Shown: positions 37,685 to 46,912, numbered from the stretch's first letter. The stretch is 64,000 bases of DNA from Candidatus Lutacidiplasmatales archaeon (GCA_044451945.1 JBIOKR010000003.1:20605-84604), one strand, 5' to 3'. The notes: generated from the sequence alone by a model not told the origin. Translations and numbers: made by a program.

Positions 37685-37745
37685 GGCTCAGGTAGAGGGG
37701 TGAAGACCTCCGCGCTCCCCACGGCGTGGCGCCGACCTCGCGCCT

Positions 37746-38282
37746 TCAGTTCGCGTCGATCGTTCCCGAAAGCGGCCAGCTCCCGGGGTGGTTCGGGCAA
37801 AGGATCGTGAAGGAGATCGTCAGCGACCCGCCCGCGGCGACCGACGCCGGCAGGCTTGGGGAGAAGTCGGCGAGGGCGAACGGGGACGCCACTCGGACGC
37901 CGGTCACGGAATGCGCGGTCGTGTTCGAGAAGTTCGGGATTGTGATTGAGTACGGCAATTTTTCACTGACGTTGAAATCGAGCGGGCATCGGGTGCAGCC
38001 GTTCTGAGCCGAGGTACCGAAGAAAGTACCCGAGCCGCCCTGATAGTTGACCGTCCACGTGATCGATTGTATGGTCACCGCGGTAGGTGACGATGAATGA
38101 CTGGACGTGAGGAAGAGAAGCCCGATCCCGGCGAAGCCGCCGATCAATAGGAAGGCGACCACGAGGACACCGACCCGACGCCAGCGGGACGGGGGGCGCT
38201 CGGGCGCTTCCGCGCGCTCGTCGTCGTCCGGCTCTGCCACGAAGATCTTCGCCGATCGCTCGCCGGAGTTTCGCTCACTCAT
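37746..38282 (-). CDS. membrane-anchored extracellular protein, paralog of 33588..34205
   Basis: 178 aa with an acidic/basic cytoplasmic N-tail, the TM helix VGVLVVAFLLIGGFAGIGLLFL, and an extracellular Cys-containing beta-rich domain with NxS/T sequons. Confidence 0.6.
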   Translation of the reverse strand: MSERNSGERSAKIFVAEPDDDERAEAPERPPSRWRRVGVLVVAFLLIGGFAGIGLLFLTSSHSSSPTAVTIQSITWTVNYQGGSGTFFGTSAQNGCTRCPLDFNVSEKLPYSITIPNFSNTTAHSVTGVRVASPFALADFSPSLPASVAAGGSLTISFTILCPNHPGSWPLSGTIDAN

Positions 38283-38311
38283 CGAACGTTCGGACCCCGC
38301 CGCCGCTACGG

Positions 38312-41300
38312 CTACTCATCGTCCCAGCGTTCCCGGGTCGGTGCCTTGCGCCAACCTTCCGGGTCGGCCGATTCGGACTCTGCGGTCTCGCCGGTCGGCG
38401 GCGGGCGCCGTCGAACCCCGACGAAGACCAGGATGGCCGCGGCGACCACGGCGATGAGCCCGCCGAAGATCGCATAGGTCGTCCAGGGGGTCGACGCCTT
38501 CGCCGGCCCCGTCGAGTTGATCGTGATCGGGGGCGGGGTGTGGTTGCCCTTCGGTGGCGGCGAGGAGCTGGCGGTCTTGTTGATGACGAACTCGGTCGTC
38601 GCGTTCGCGAAGTGGCCGAAGGTGTCGGTGACGAATATCGTCACGTTGTAGGTGCCGTTCTTCGTGCTCGAGCAGGCCAGACTCGGCCGGTCGATCGAGG
38701 TGCAACCGCCGGGTAGACCGGTGTAAAGGTAGGTGTACGGGATCGTCCCGCCGGTCGCCTTCACCGAGAACGACGCGGTCCTCCCGGGGTCGACCGCCGT
38801 CGGGAAGACGGTGAACGAGACGATCGACGGGTCGGGGTGGACGACGAGCGCCGTGGTCTGCCCCCCGGCCCTTCCGTCGGCATCCGATACCGTCACCTTG
38901 ACCGAATAGTTGCCGTTCTGGGTGGGCGCGCAGGTGAGCGTCGCCTGGTCGGCACCGACGCACCCGGGCGGAAGCCCGCTGTACGAGTAGCGGAGGGTCC
39001 CGGTGCCTCCGGTGGCGACCGTCGCGAAGAGCACGCTGACGCCGGTGTCGACGGCCGAGGGGGAGGCCGAAAACGAGGAGACGGAGGGCGCCGCATTGAC
39101 CAGCAACGTGAGGCCCGCGCCGACGACCGCCCCGCCGACGTCCCTAGCGGTCACGTTCACCGGATAGGAGCCGCTCTGTGTGGGGACGCAGCTCAGGGTG
39201 GAGGCGTTCACCGACAGGCACCCCACCGGAAGGCCGGTATACAGGTACGTGAACGGAAGAAAGCCGTTGAGAATCGTCACGTTGAGGTCCGTCCGGTTGC
39301 CGACCGTCAGCGACGTCACGCTCGCGGAGAAGCTCAGAAGCGTCGGTCCCGGGACGACCTCGAGGGGCCCGGTCGGCGACGTCACGTTGATCCCGCCGGT
39401 CGCCACCGAGACGACGTGCAGCGAGTAGTTGCCGGTGGCGTTCGGCCGGCAGGTGAAGCTCGGAAGGTCGACCGGGGCGCAGCCCGGCGGAAGACCGCTC
39501 CAGTTGTACGAGGAGGCGCCGGTGCCGAGAACGTTGATGCTGAGCGCGAGGCGCCCTCCGACCTCCGCCGGGTCGGGATTCGCCGCCGGTGTACCGAGGT
39601 GGAAGCCGATCGCCAGAAGGTAGATCGTTCCCGGACCGGTCACGTCGAGCATCGTGCTCGACGCGGTCGCCGACTTCGGGGTGACGTACTGGGTCCCGTT
39701 CCACCCGAGGAACGTACCGTTCGTGCCGACCGCCGCGCTCAGCTTGTAGCTGCCGGCCGAGAGCATCACGGTGTTGCCGCTCGTAAGTCCGGTGCTACCG
39801 ATCGTGCCGACCGGCCCGCTCGGCGGGTCGGCGACGAAGGTGACCGGATAGAGGGTCCCCGAGGGATGCGATAGAGCGGGGGCGACGATCGGCGGGGACC
39901 CCCGCGAAAGTCCGTAGGTGAAATCGGCGTAGATGTACGTCCCCGTGCTCTCTTCGAGCATCACGTGGGTCGACTGACGGAAATCGATCATGACGGCGCT
40001 CGAGCTGTAGTACCAGCCCGTGAACGAATAGCTCGCGGCGGGAACGGCGGTCATCGCGTACGTCCCGACCGGGACCGTGACGCTGCTGCCCGAAGAGTAC
40101 GATGTCCCGTTGAAGGTGATCGTGCCGCTCCCGTAGACGTAGAACTCCACGAGGTCGTACGACGCGCTCGGCACGACGTTGATGGTGACTTGGACGACGG
40201 TAGAGTTGCCGGTGAGGTCGAGCCACGTCGCCGGGAACGTCGGGGCGGCGAGCAGCGCCCCCGAACTGTTCGAGGTATAGCCAGAGAAGTTGTAGAACAT
40301 CGTCGGGTACGACTCGATCGTGTAGACCCCGGGGGTCAGGTTCAGCGACCCGCTGCCCTTCAGGGTCGCGACCGGGACCCCGTTCGTGTAGTAGAAGCTC
40401 GGGTCGATGGCGACGCTTGCGTTGGGCATCGTCTCGACGAAGTTGACCTGAACCATCGGCACCGCGGAGGTGGTGAAGTTCGCCTTCACCGTCCCGCCGC
40501 CGGCGACCCACAGGGTCGTCACGGGGTCGTTCGGGTAGGTCACGCGGACCGAGCCGGTCGCATTCCATCCGGAGAAGTAGTCTCCCGCGGCAGGGATCGC
40601 GCTCAGGGAGTACTCCCCCGGCGTGACGTTGAGGACGCTCGCCAGCGAGCCATATGGCGCGGAAAGGAAGTACGCGCTCCCGAGCGTCGGGCTCTGCGAG
40701 CCGACCTGGAGCTTGTACTGCTTGGCGCCGCAGCTGGGGATCGAGAAGTTCGTGGGCGGGTAGAAGCCGAGTTGGAGCGCGTTGTTCTGCGAGGTCTGCG
40801 CGTATTCGTTGTACTTCCCGAAGTCCGCCGAGACGCCGGGATAGTCCGCGGCGCCGAATTCGAAGGCGTGCAGATTGCACGAGTAACTGTACCACGGATA
40901 GCTGCAGAAGGCGCTACCGTCCCGACCCGAGCATGTGTAGTTGCTGATCGGGTCGATGAACGCGATCCCCCCCAGGTCCTGGCCGAAGGAGACCTGGGAC
41001 GGCCGCTCCTGCCGGCTGCCGTTGAAGAACGTCGGCGGGGAGATCGCCCACGGCTCGAGGGTGTCGTTCACCCAGCTACCGGGGTCGTACGACGGGCAGG
41101 GGACCGCAGGGTTCCCCGATGTCGGAGGGGGGACTCCCGCGCTGCACCCCCCGTAGGCGTTGGAATTCGGGTACGGGGGAACGGTGTGGCCGGTCTCGAA
41201 CGCGAAGACGACCGGGAACTCTCCGCCCGGGGTCCACTGCAGGCTGTTCATCACGGAGCTCTGGGAGTACGCCGGGTTGAGCGGGTAGTTCTCGTAGGTG

Positions 41301-42244
41301 TTGTAGAGCGTGACAGAGCTCGTCTGGGCGCTGGTGAGATCGTTGACCGTGATCAGCTCCCCGGCGGTGCTCCCGGCCCACCCGGTCATCGTGACGTTCA
41401 GGTGGTCGCCGTCCGACATCTGAAGGTAGCCGCTGCCGCTCGGTACGGTCAAGGTCGCGTAGTAGCAGGCGTCCTCGTAGCCGGTGTCCGCCTCGATCTG
41501 CCAGGCGACGGCCGCCCCGTACCACGATCCGGCGGCGTTGCCGCCATACGGAGAGGAGTCCGGGTAGAACTGGAGCTCGAGAAAGCACTGGTCGAGCCAT
41601 GCGTAAGGGTCGGTGAGCGTCATGCCGAACCATATCGCCGCGTAGAGGGAGGACTGGTTCTGGGTCGGGCTGCGTTCGACCGGCAGCGTGACATTCCACG
41701 TGACGTTCCCTCCGCTCCCCGGCATCGTCGAATAGAATTGGATCCCGGGCTCGTCGTGGCCGTAGCAGTTGTTGAGGTAGGTCCACTGGCCGCCGACCGA
41801 TGGCCAGACGCCATCGCATTTGTTCGAGGGGACGTTGTACGGGCCGAATCGCGGGCCCGGCGCTCGGTGGAGGGGGTTTCCCGCGATGATGTTCCGGGCC
41901 GCCGAGGCACCCGGAGGGATCTTCGCCCCCCCCCAGGAGTAGGCAGGATGCAGCATCCCCTTCGGGGGGAGGACTCCGGCAAATGGAGGAGGTGTCGCCG
42001 GTAGACTCCGGGTAGCGGTGCTCGCACTCCGAGAGTGGAGGTGGGTCACCGCCGGCAGGGTTCCGGGTCCGATGGGGACCTGAACCGTGGTGGAGGCGCT
42101 GGCAAACGACGGAGCCATCGTCGCGACAAGGAGCGTGACCAGCGTGAACGTCACGATCCCCGAGCTGCGCAGCGTAATGCGGGGTGACTTCGCCCGGCGC
42201 GTGCCGGGGATCGCACGCGAGGGGAGGCGGAGGGACGGAACCAC
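38312..42244 (-). CDS. large C-terminally anchored cell-surface protein (~1310 aa): unknown N-terminal domain, F-x-GW beta-sandwich repeats, four PKD-like repeats, TM anchor
   Basis: In-frame GTG 42244 (or ATG 42118) gives the signal peptide RRAKSPRITLRSSGIVTFTLVTLLVATMAPSFASA. I counted about 34 NxS/T sequons by hand. The C-terminal TM is YAIFGGLIAVVAAAILVFVGV followed by RRR. The upstream part of track ORF 38312..43432 overlaps the AKR gene and is rejected. Confidence 0.8.
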   Translation of the reverse strand: MVPSLRLPSRAIPGTRRAKSPRITLRSSGIVTFTLVTLLVATMAPSFASASTTVQVPIGPGTLPAVTHLHSRSASTATRSLPATPPPFAGVLPPKGMLHPAYSWGGAKIPPGASAARNIIAGNPLHRAPGPRFGPYNVPSNKCDGVWPSVGGQWTYLNNCYGHDEPGIQFYSTMPGSGGNVTWNVTLPVERSPTQNQSSLYAAIWFGMTLTDPYAWLDQCFLELQFYPDSSPYGGNAAGSWYGAAVAWQIEADTGYEDACYYATLTVPSGSGYLQMSDGDHLNVTMTGWAGSTAGELITVNDLTSAQTSSVTLYNTYENYPLNPAYSQSSVMNSLQWTPGGEFPVVFAFETGHTVPPYPNSNAYGGCSAGVPPPTSGNPAVPCPSYDPGSWVNDTLEPWAISPPTFFNGSRQERPSQVSFGQDLGGIAFIDPISNYTCSGRDGSAFCSYPWYSYSCNLHAFEFGAADYPGVSADFGKYNEYAQTSQNNALQLGFYPPTNFSIPSCGAKQYKLQVGSQSPTLGSAYFLSAPYGSLASVLNVTPGEYSLSAIPAAGDYFSGWNATGSVRVTYPNDPVTTLWVAGGGTVKANFTTSAVPMVQVNFVETMPNASVAIDPSFYYTNGVPVATLKGSGSLNLTPGVYTIESYPTMFYNFSGYTSNSSGALLAAPTFPATWLDLTGNSTVVQVTINVVPSASYDLVEFYVYGSGTITFNGTSYSSGSSVTVPVGTYAMTAVPAASYSFTGWYYSSSAVMIDFRQSTHVMLEESTGTYIYADFTYGLSRGSPPIVAPALSHPSGTLYPVTFVADPPSGPVGTIGSTGLTSGNTVMLSAGSYKLSAAVGTNGTFLGWNGTQYVTPKSATASSTMLDVTGPGTIYLLAIGFHLGTPAANPDPAEVGGRLALSINVLGTGASSYNWSGLPPGCAPVDLPSFTCRPNATGNYSLHVVSVATGGINVTSPTGPLEVVPGPTLLSFSASVTSLTVGNRTDLNVTILNGFLPFTYLYTGLPVGCLSVNASTLSCVPTQSGSYPVNVTARDVGGAVVGAGLTLLVNAAPSVSSFSASPSAVDTGVSVLFATVATGGTGTLRYSYSGLPPGCVGADQATLTCAPTQNGNYSVKVTVSDADGRAGGQTTALVVHPDPSIVSFTVFPTAVDPGRTASFSVKATGGTIPYTYLYTGLPGGCTSIDRPSLACSSTKNGTYNVTIFVTDTFGHFANATTEFVINKTASSSPPPKGNHTPPPITINSTGPAKASTPWTTYAIFGGLIAVVAAAILVFVGVRRRPPPTGETAESESADPEGWRKAPTRERWDDE
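38573..39620 (-). repeat. four tandem ~86-aa PKD-like repeats with a conserved Cys pair (Y-x-Y-x-GLP-x-GC ... L-x-C-x-PT-x-x-G-x-Y)
   Basis: Repeats contain YNWSGLPPGC..FTCRPNATGNY, YLYTGLPVGC..LSCVPTQSGSY, YSYSGLPPGC..LTCAPTQNGNY and YLYTGLPGGC..LACSSTKNGTY. Boundaries are approximate. Confidence 0.7.
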
Positions 42245-42450
42245 GGTGGGAGTACCCGTGTCGCTGAGCCGATACAGGGTATAAGAGCCCGGAGGAGGGC
42301 TAGGTGGGCGAGAATCCACTTCGAGACGCCAGCCACCGAAGGCCGTGAGAACGCCCCGAACCCTATGCCACCCGTCGTGGTCCCATCCGCGGGGGCGGTG
42401 AGCCGCTCGAAGCCGAGGCGGGTCGCCGGGGAAAGAGCCCGCTAGACCGC

Positions 42451-43332
42451 TCAGGGGATCCCGGTCGGGTCCCACGAGGTCCGGAAGCCGTCGTGCAGGC
42501 GGTCGATGGCGCCCATCTCCTCGTCGGTCAGGACGAAGTCGAAGAGCTCGGCGTTCTCCCGGATCCGTTCGGGGTGGACCGACTTCGGGATCGGGATCAC
42601 CCCGTGCTGGAGAGACCAACGCAGCATCACCTGGGTCGCTGTCTTGCCGTGGGCCTTCGAGATGTGGGAGAGCGCCGGCTCCGAGATCCGCCGGGCCCTG
42701 GTCAGGGGGGCGTACGCCTCGAGCTGGATCCCCTGGCCGCGCGCGAACTCGAGCAGCTCGCGCTGATAGAGGAACGGGCTGAACTCGACCTGGTTCACCG
42801 CCGGGGGAACGTCGGAATGTTGCATCAGCTCGCGCAGGTGCGCGATCGTGTAATTGCTCACGCCGATGGCACGGCACCGCCCTTCGGAGAGGATCCGTCG
42901 CAGGGCGCGCCAGCTCTCCGCGCGGTCGCCTCCGCTGGGCCAGTGGATCAGGTAGAGGTCGACGTAGTCGCTTCCGAGGGCGCTGAGCGACCGGTCGAAG
43001 GCGGCGAGCGCCCGGTCGAACCCATGGTCCGTGTTCCAGAGCTTCGTCGTGACGAACACCTCCTTGCGCGGAACGCCGGACTCGCGAATCGCCTGGCCGA
43101 CGTCTGCCTCGTTCTCGTAGAGCCGCGCCGTGTCGATCAATCGGTAACCGGCCGATAAGGCGGCTCGGACGGCCCGTCGGGTCGGTTCGCCCGGCGCGCT
43201 CTGGAAGACCCCGAGGCCTAGGACGGGCATCGACACTCCGTTGTTCAGTCGGACGCGGGAGTCGAATCCCCGGGAGAGGTCGAATCCGGGGGATACCGTC
43301 GGCGCGCCGAGCGGATTCTCGGCGGCCGCCAT
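42451..43332 (-). CDS. aldo/keto reductase
   Basis: 293 aa with LIDTARLYENE, VFVTTKLWNTDHG and LYLIHWP, the AKR catalytic tetrad contexts. Confidence 0.9.
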   Translation of the reverse strand: MAAAENPLGAPTVSPGFDLSRGFDSRVRLNNGVSMPVLGLGVFQSAPGEPTRRAVRAALSAGYRLIDTARLYENEADVGQAIRESGVPRKEVFVTTKLWNTDHGFDRALAAFDRSLSALGSDYVDLYLIHWPSGGDRAESWRALRRILSEGRCRAIGVSNYTIAHLRELMQHSDVPPAVNQVEFSPFLYQRELLEFARGQGIQLEAYAPLTRARRISEPALSHISKAHGKTATQVMLRWSLQHGVIPIPKSVHPERIRENAELFDFVLTDEEMGAIDRLHDGFRTSWDPTGIP

Positions 43333-43442
43333 CGTTGCCGAGCGAGGGGATCGGGCTATTTGGGCTCGTCTTCCGCTTGGACCCGTTCGCTCGTCCGCAA
43401 CTCCCAGCAGGTCCCCGGGATTTCCCGGTCACGCGATGCCGT

Positions 43443-45581
43443 CTAGCGACGCGGACGGCCCCGGAGAACGAGCAGCAACCCGGCGGCGACCGTTACGGCC
43501 AGGGCGCCGATCCCGATCTCGAGCTCCGTCGTCGCACTCGGCACCGACGAGCCGTGGCGCCCGCCCTCAGAAGAAGCGAGGTGCAGGGTGACCGGCTCAA
43601 AGGAGAGATTGCCCGCAGTGACGGTGAGATTCGCCCAGAAGGTAGCGTAGCCCGCGAGCTCGACCGTCAGGTTGTGCACCCCGGGCAACTTCGTCACATT
43701 GAACGCGCCCGCCGTCACCAGGACCGCTTGGCCGTCGACCAGTACGCTTGCCTCGGCCGGCGAGACGTCGCCGCCGAGGTAGCCGGGGCGAACGAGGAAG
43801 TCGATCGCCTGAGCGAGCGGACGTGCCTGGACGCTAATCGTGCCGTTCGAAGGGCTCAACAGGTACTGGAATGGCGCCGAGACGTTGAACGGATGCGAGC
43901 CGTTGGTCGTGCCGATGCTCACCGAGGTGGAATCGGTCGGGTAGGAGGCCCCGTCGACGGTCACGGTCCAAGTGATCCCCTCCGGGCGGCCGGTGGCGGT
44001 GAACGTCACGAGGTAGGTGAACGGAAAGTAGGCGATCGTCACGTTCACGCCGTGGCCGGCGACCAGCACCGTGCCCAGGCGCCCGGTGGTTGTACTGCCC
44101 GGGACCGGTTGCGCCACGTACGTGTGGGTCCCGTTGAGCACGCGCAGGGAGATCGTGCCGTTGGTCGTCGTGGTCAGGTTCCCGTCCACGCTGACCGACC
44201 ACGCCGTGCCGGTCGGCAAGCCGGTCGCCAGGAGCGCCAATGGATAGTAGACGAGCGGTGTGACCTCGAAGCTCGTCACCTCGCCGGGGCTCAAGGTGAT
44301 ATTGCGTTCTACGACGAACCGGGAGCTGTTGAACAGATCGATGGTGTACCTACCCGGGTCGAGGGTGAGTGTGGTGCCGAGACCCCGGTACGGGTAGTCG
44401 ACCGAGTTCACCTCGAGCGTGCCGTTCGGGACCCGGGTGCTCAGGTTGACGACCGAGATGTTCGAGTGGCCGTAGAGCGAGCCTAGGGTGCCGGAACCGG
44501 TCGTTTCGAGCGCGCCCGGCACGCCGCCGCCCGAGCTCAGGTTCGCCGTCGTGATCACGTTGCTCGTCTCTTCCGCGGTGTTCTCGCCGAAGTTCCAGGT
44601 CGTGGGTGGTGCCTGGAGCGTGTGGCCGTTGTCGTACTGCAAGGACATCCAGAGCGTCGAATTGAGGTTGGTCTCGCCGGTCGCGCTGCAGCCGGCGAAG
44701 TCGAACTCGGCGTCGAAGTAGAGGCCGCTTGGGGAGTAGGTGTAGCCGTCGACGAGGAAGGAAACGCCCGTGGCGGCGTGGGGCTCGTGAAAGGTCACGC
44801 TGTCGTAGACCTGCCAGCCGAACCCGTCGTCGTACAGGAACCAGAGGGTCGGATGACCGCCGACCATGCGGGTCTTGACCTCGACCGAGACGTTCGATGG
44901 GTAGCTCAGGGTGAGATACGCCCCCGGAAGGGTCGTAGGTAGGTTGCTGTAGTAGTAGAGCGAGAATCCCCCGCCGTTGCTGACGGTGCCGTTCCCCGAG
45001 AGCATCGAAGACGTCAGGGTTGCCGTGGGGCTGCTGAAATTCCAGATGTTGTCGATGAAACTCATCGCCCGCGTGGCGGAGTCGATCGAGATGACGTTCT
45101 GGATCCAGTAGTAGTAGTCCCCGGCGGGTGCGTGGATGACGATCTCCGAATTGAGCTGGAACGACATCCCCCCGCCGCAGGCCGCCGAGTAGGTGGAGAG
45201 CCGGAGGATCTTCGCCGTCCCTACGAACTCGTCGGTCGCGTACCGGTACGGATTCAGCTGGGAGTCCACGCCAAAGTCCGTGACGCCGTTCGGGGCCGGT
45301 TCGGTCGTGCGGATCGCGAACGGGTCGACCCCGCCCCCGGCCAGCGGTGGGAGGGGAACTACGTGGGCCCGAGGCGGAAAGACCCAGGATCGCTCCGGCG
45401 TTACGCTGTTGACGGCGGAGCTCTCAGGATGCCCGCGCGGCGCGCCGATTCCCGAAGGTGGCGGCCCGGCCCATCCGGGGATGTTGGAGAATAGGAGGGA
45501 GAGAACCGCGGCCATGACCACCAGAACGATGACGTGCGGCCGCAGAGCGGGTCGATCGGGTAGGTGACGGGCGATCGGCAT
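43443..45581 (-). CDS. thermopsin-family (peptidase A5-like) protein with C-terminal beta-sandwich repeats and TM anchor
   Basis: ATG 45581 (MPIARHLPDRPALRPHVIVLVVMAAVLSLLF). The blocks FQLNSEIVI..YYYWIQNV, SFIDNIWNFSS, LSGNGTVSNGGG, SGLYFDAEFDF and NFGENTAEE match the Sulfolobus thermopsin sequence as I recall it. The C-terminus has GLPTGTAWSVSVDG / GRPEGITWTVTVDG repeats and the anchor IGALAVTVAAGLLLVLRGRPRR. Confidence 0.8.
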   Translation of the reverse strand: MPIARHLPDRPALRPHVIVLVVMAAVLSLLFSNIPGWAGPPPSGIGAPRGHPESSAVNSVTPERSWVFPPRAHVVPLPPLAGGGVDPFAIRTTEPAPNGVTDFGVDSQLNPYRYATDEFVGTAKILRLSTYSAACGGGMSFQLNSEIVIHAPAGDYYYWIQNVISIDSATRAMSFIDNIWNFSSPTATLTSSMLSGNGTVSNGGGFSLYYYSNLPTTLPGAYLTLSYPSNVSVEVKTRMVGGHPTLWFLYDDGFGWQVYDSVTFHEPHAATGVSFLVDGYTYSPSGLYFDAEFDFAGCSATGETNLNSTLWMSLQYDNGHTLQAPPTTWNFGENTAEETSNVITTANLSSGGGVPGALETTGSGTLGSLYGHSNISVVNLSTRVPNGTLEVNSVDYPYRGLGTTLTLDPGRYTIDLFNSSRFVVERNITLSPGEVTSFEVTPLVYYPLALLATGLPTGTAWSVSVDGNLTTTTNGTISLRVLNGTHTYVAQPVPGSTTTGRLGTVLVAGHGVNVTIAYFPFTYLVTFTATGRPEGITWTVTVDGASYPTDSTSVSIGTTNGSHPFNVSAPFQYLLSPSNGTISVQARPLAQAIDFLVRPGYLGGDVSPAEASVLVDGQAVLVTAGAFNVTKLPGVHNLTVELAGYATFWANLTVTAGNLSFEPVTLHLASSEGGRHGSSVPSATTELEIGIGALAVTVAAGLLLVLRGRPRR

Positions 45582-45646
45582 GGCGGACCTAAGCGAGGAA
45601 TCGTAGCGCGAGATATGAACTGGCCCAGTGGATAGCCGGAGTTGTC

Positions 45647-46258
45647 TCACGGCGGCGCAAGGGGTCGTCCCGCCCTCAGCCCCCGTCGAATGTGCTTCGG
45701 CGGCCGGCGGCGCCGGGCCGCGCGCTCGATCCGCCGCCGACGGCCCGGGTCGAGCCAGATCCGCATCTCCCACGTCCGCTCAAAGCCGATGCGCGCATAC
45801 GCCGAACGACCGGCGACCGAAGCGTGCAGCGAAGCGCGCAATCCGCCTTTCACCCGAGCCCAGCGAAGGCAGGCTCGGACGATCGCACTCGCCACGCCCC
45901 TCCCTCGCATCTCGGGGAGCGTGAATACCGATAGGATGTACGGTTCGATCAGCGCGGGAAGGCCGGGGCGCGGGTGGGTCTCCCTCAACCAGACGCACCC
46001 GCTGCCAATCCGGCCAGCGATGGGTGAGACGGCCACGAACGCCGCGACCCTTCCCGTTCGCATCTGACGGGTGAGCCAACGCGAATAGTTCGCGTCGTTC
46101 TCGGCGATCGAGTTCGCGCTCCGCTCCCCGATCGCCTCCCACATCCGGTGCGCGTCCTCGACCAAGCGGGGCAGGTCGGAGAGCCGCCCCCGCCGGATCC
46201 GATAGGAGCGGCCGTCGCTTCGCCGCCGATCTCCGGAACGCCTCGGCACCATTCCCAC
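45647..46258 (-). CDS. GNAT family N-acetyltransferase
   Basis: 203 aa with the acetyl-CoA motif LPEMRGRGVASAIVRACLRWAR...SAYARIGFE. GTG 46258 or ATG 46252 could be the start. Confidence 0.75.
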   Translation of the reverse strand: MGMVPRRSGDRRRSDGRSYRIRRGRLSDLPRLVEDAHRMWEAIGERSANSIAENDANYSRWLTRQMRTGRVAAFVAVSPIAGRIGSGCVWLRETHPRPGLPALIEPYILSVFTLPEMRGRGVASAIVRACLRWARVKGGLRASLHASVAGRSAYARIGFERTWEMRIWLDPGRRRRIERAARRRRPPKHIRRGLRAGRPLAPP

Positions 46259-46301
46259 GACGCCCCGAATGTCGCCGATGCTTAACGCCGGCTCTGCAGA
46301 G

Positions 46302-46772
46302 TCACGTGAAATGGCGGCTCACGGCGAGCAGGTAGACCAAGAGCAGGGCCTCGAGGATGCCCGGGAGCGTGAACAGCCGACCGGCGAGGAGGTTCCCCAA
46401 GAAGGCGAATCCAAAGAGCAGCAGCGCGAGAACGAGGGCCCACTGACGAAGGTTCCAGAGGCCGGAGGCGACAACGAGCGCGAGGATACCGAAGAGTAGG
46501 AGCACGAGAGCGGCGACGGCCCCCACGGCCCCGAAGGTGTATACCGGCTCGGCCGCTAGAGCCACCGCCGATAGGACGACCAGCAGGACCCCCGCGAGGG
46601 CGATCAGGAACCCGACGATCCCGATGATCACGGCGAGCACGGCTACACCGAGGGGACGCGAAGGGTAGGGGGATCCTGCGGGCATCCCGCACCTAAAGCC
46701 GTCTCTGGGATATGGATGGCCCTTGCCCTCCGGCGAGCCGTCGCCACGCGGGAACCGCTTGGCGGGGGGCAT
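46302..46772 (-). CDS. multi-pass membrane protein, paralog of 22468..22947
   Basis: 156 aa as tracked, or 127 aa from internal ATG 46685 (MPAGSPYPSRPLGVAVLAVIIG...). It has 4 hydrophobic helices and shares the C-terminal VYLLAVSRHFT motif. Confidence 0.55.
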   Translation of the reverse strand: MPPAKRFPRGDGSPEGKGHPYPRDGFRCGMPAGSPYPSRPLGVAVLAVIIGIVGFLIALAGVLLVVLSAVALAAEPVYTFGAVGAVAALVLLLFGILALVVASGLWNLRQWALVLALLLFGFAFLGNLLAGRLFTLPGILEALLLVYLLAVSRHFT

Positions 46773-46912
46773 GGACGGCCCTCGGTGCGCTGACCGGAGC
46801 TTTCAAGCGGGGCCGCTATCCTCGGTGTTCCTGCGGCTCCAGTACGGCCGAGCACCGAGAGGCGGATGAGGTCCGGCGAATTCGGGGCCGCGGCTCCCAT
46901 GGGTTGGCGGCG

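Noticed and set aside
37380-37745. Possible SRP RNA or RNase P RNA in the hairpin-rich spacer
   Set aside because: I could not find the RNase P CR-I type GAGGAAAGUCC block. I also could not find the SRP helix-8 GGAA-loop with AGCA/G-rich symmetric-loop signature; the CCG-GGAA-CGG-UGCA hairpin only loosely resembles it. The identity is left unassigned.
38573-39620. Tandem ~260-nt DNA periodicity that might be mistaken for a CRISPR-like or satellite array (also 62646..64000)
   Set aside because: The periodicity is in-frame protein-domain repetition (PKD-like units) inside long ORFs. The units are diverged and lack the short identical repeats and unique spacers of a CRISPR array.
38312-43432. 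A single 1706-aa ORF spanning the surface-protein gene and the aldo/keto reductase region
   Set aside because: The first ~396 codons are Arg/Pro/Gly-rich nonsense and run in another frame straight across the well-supported AKR gene (42451..43332). A signal peptide with an in-frame GTG (42244) or ATG (42118) and an upstream TTATAC box give a sensible ~1310-aa model. The rest is stop-poor high-GC read-through.
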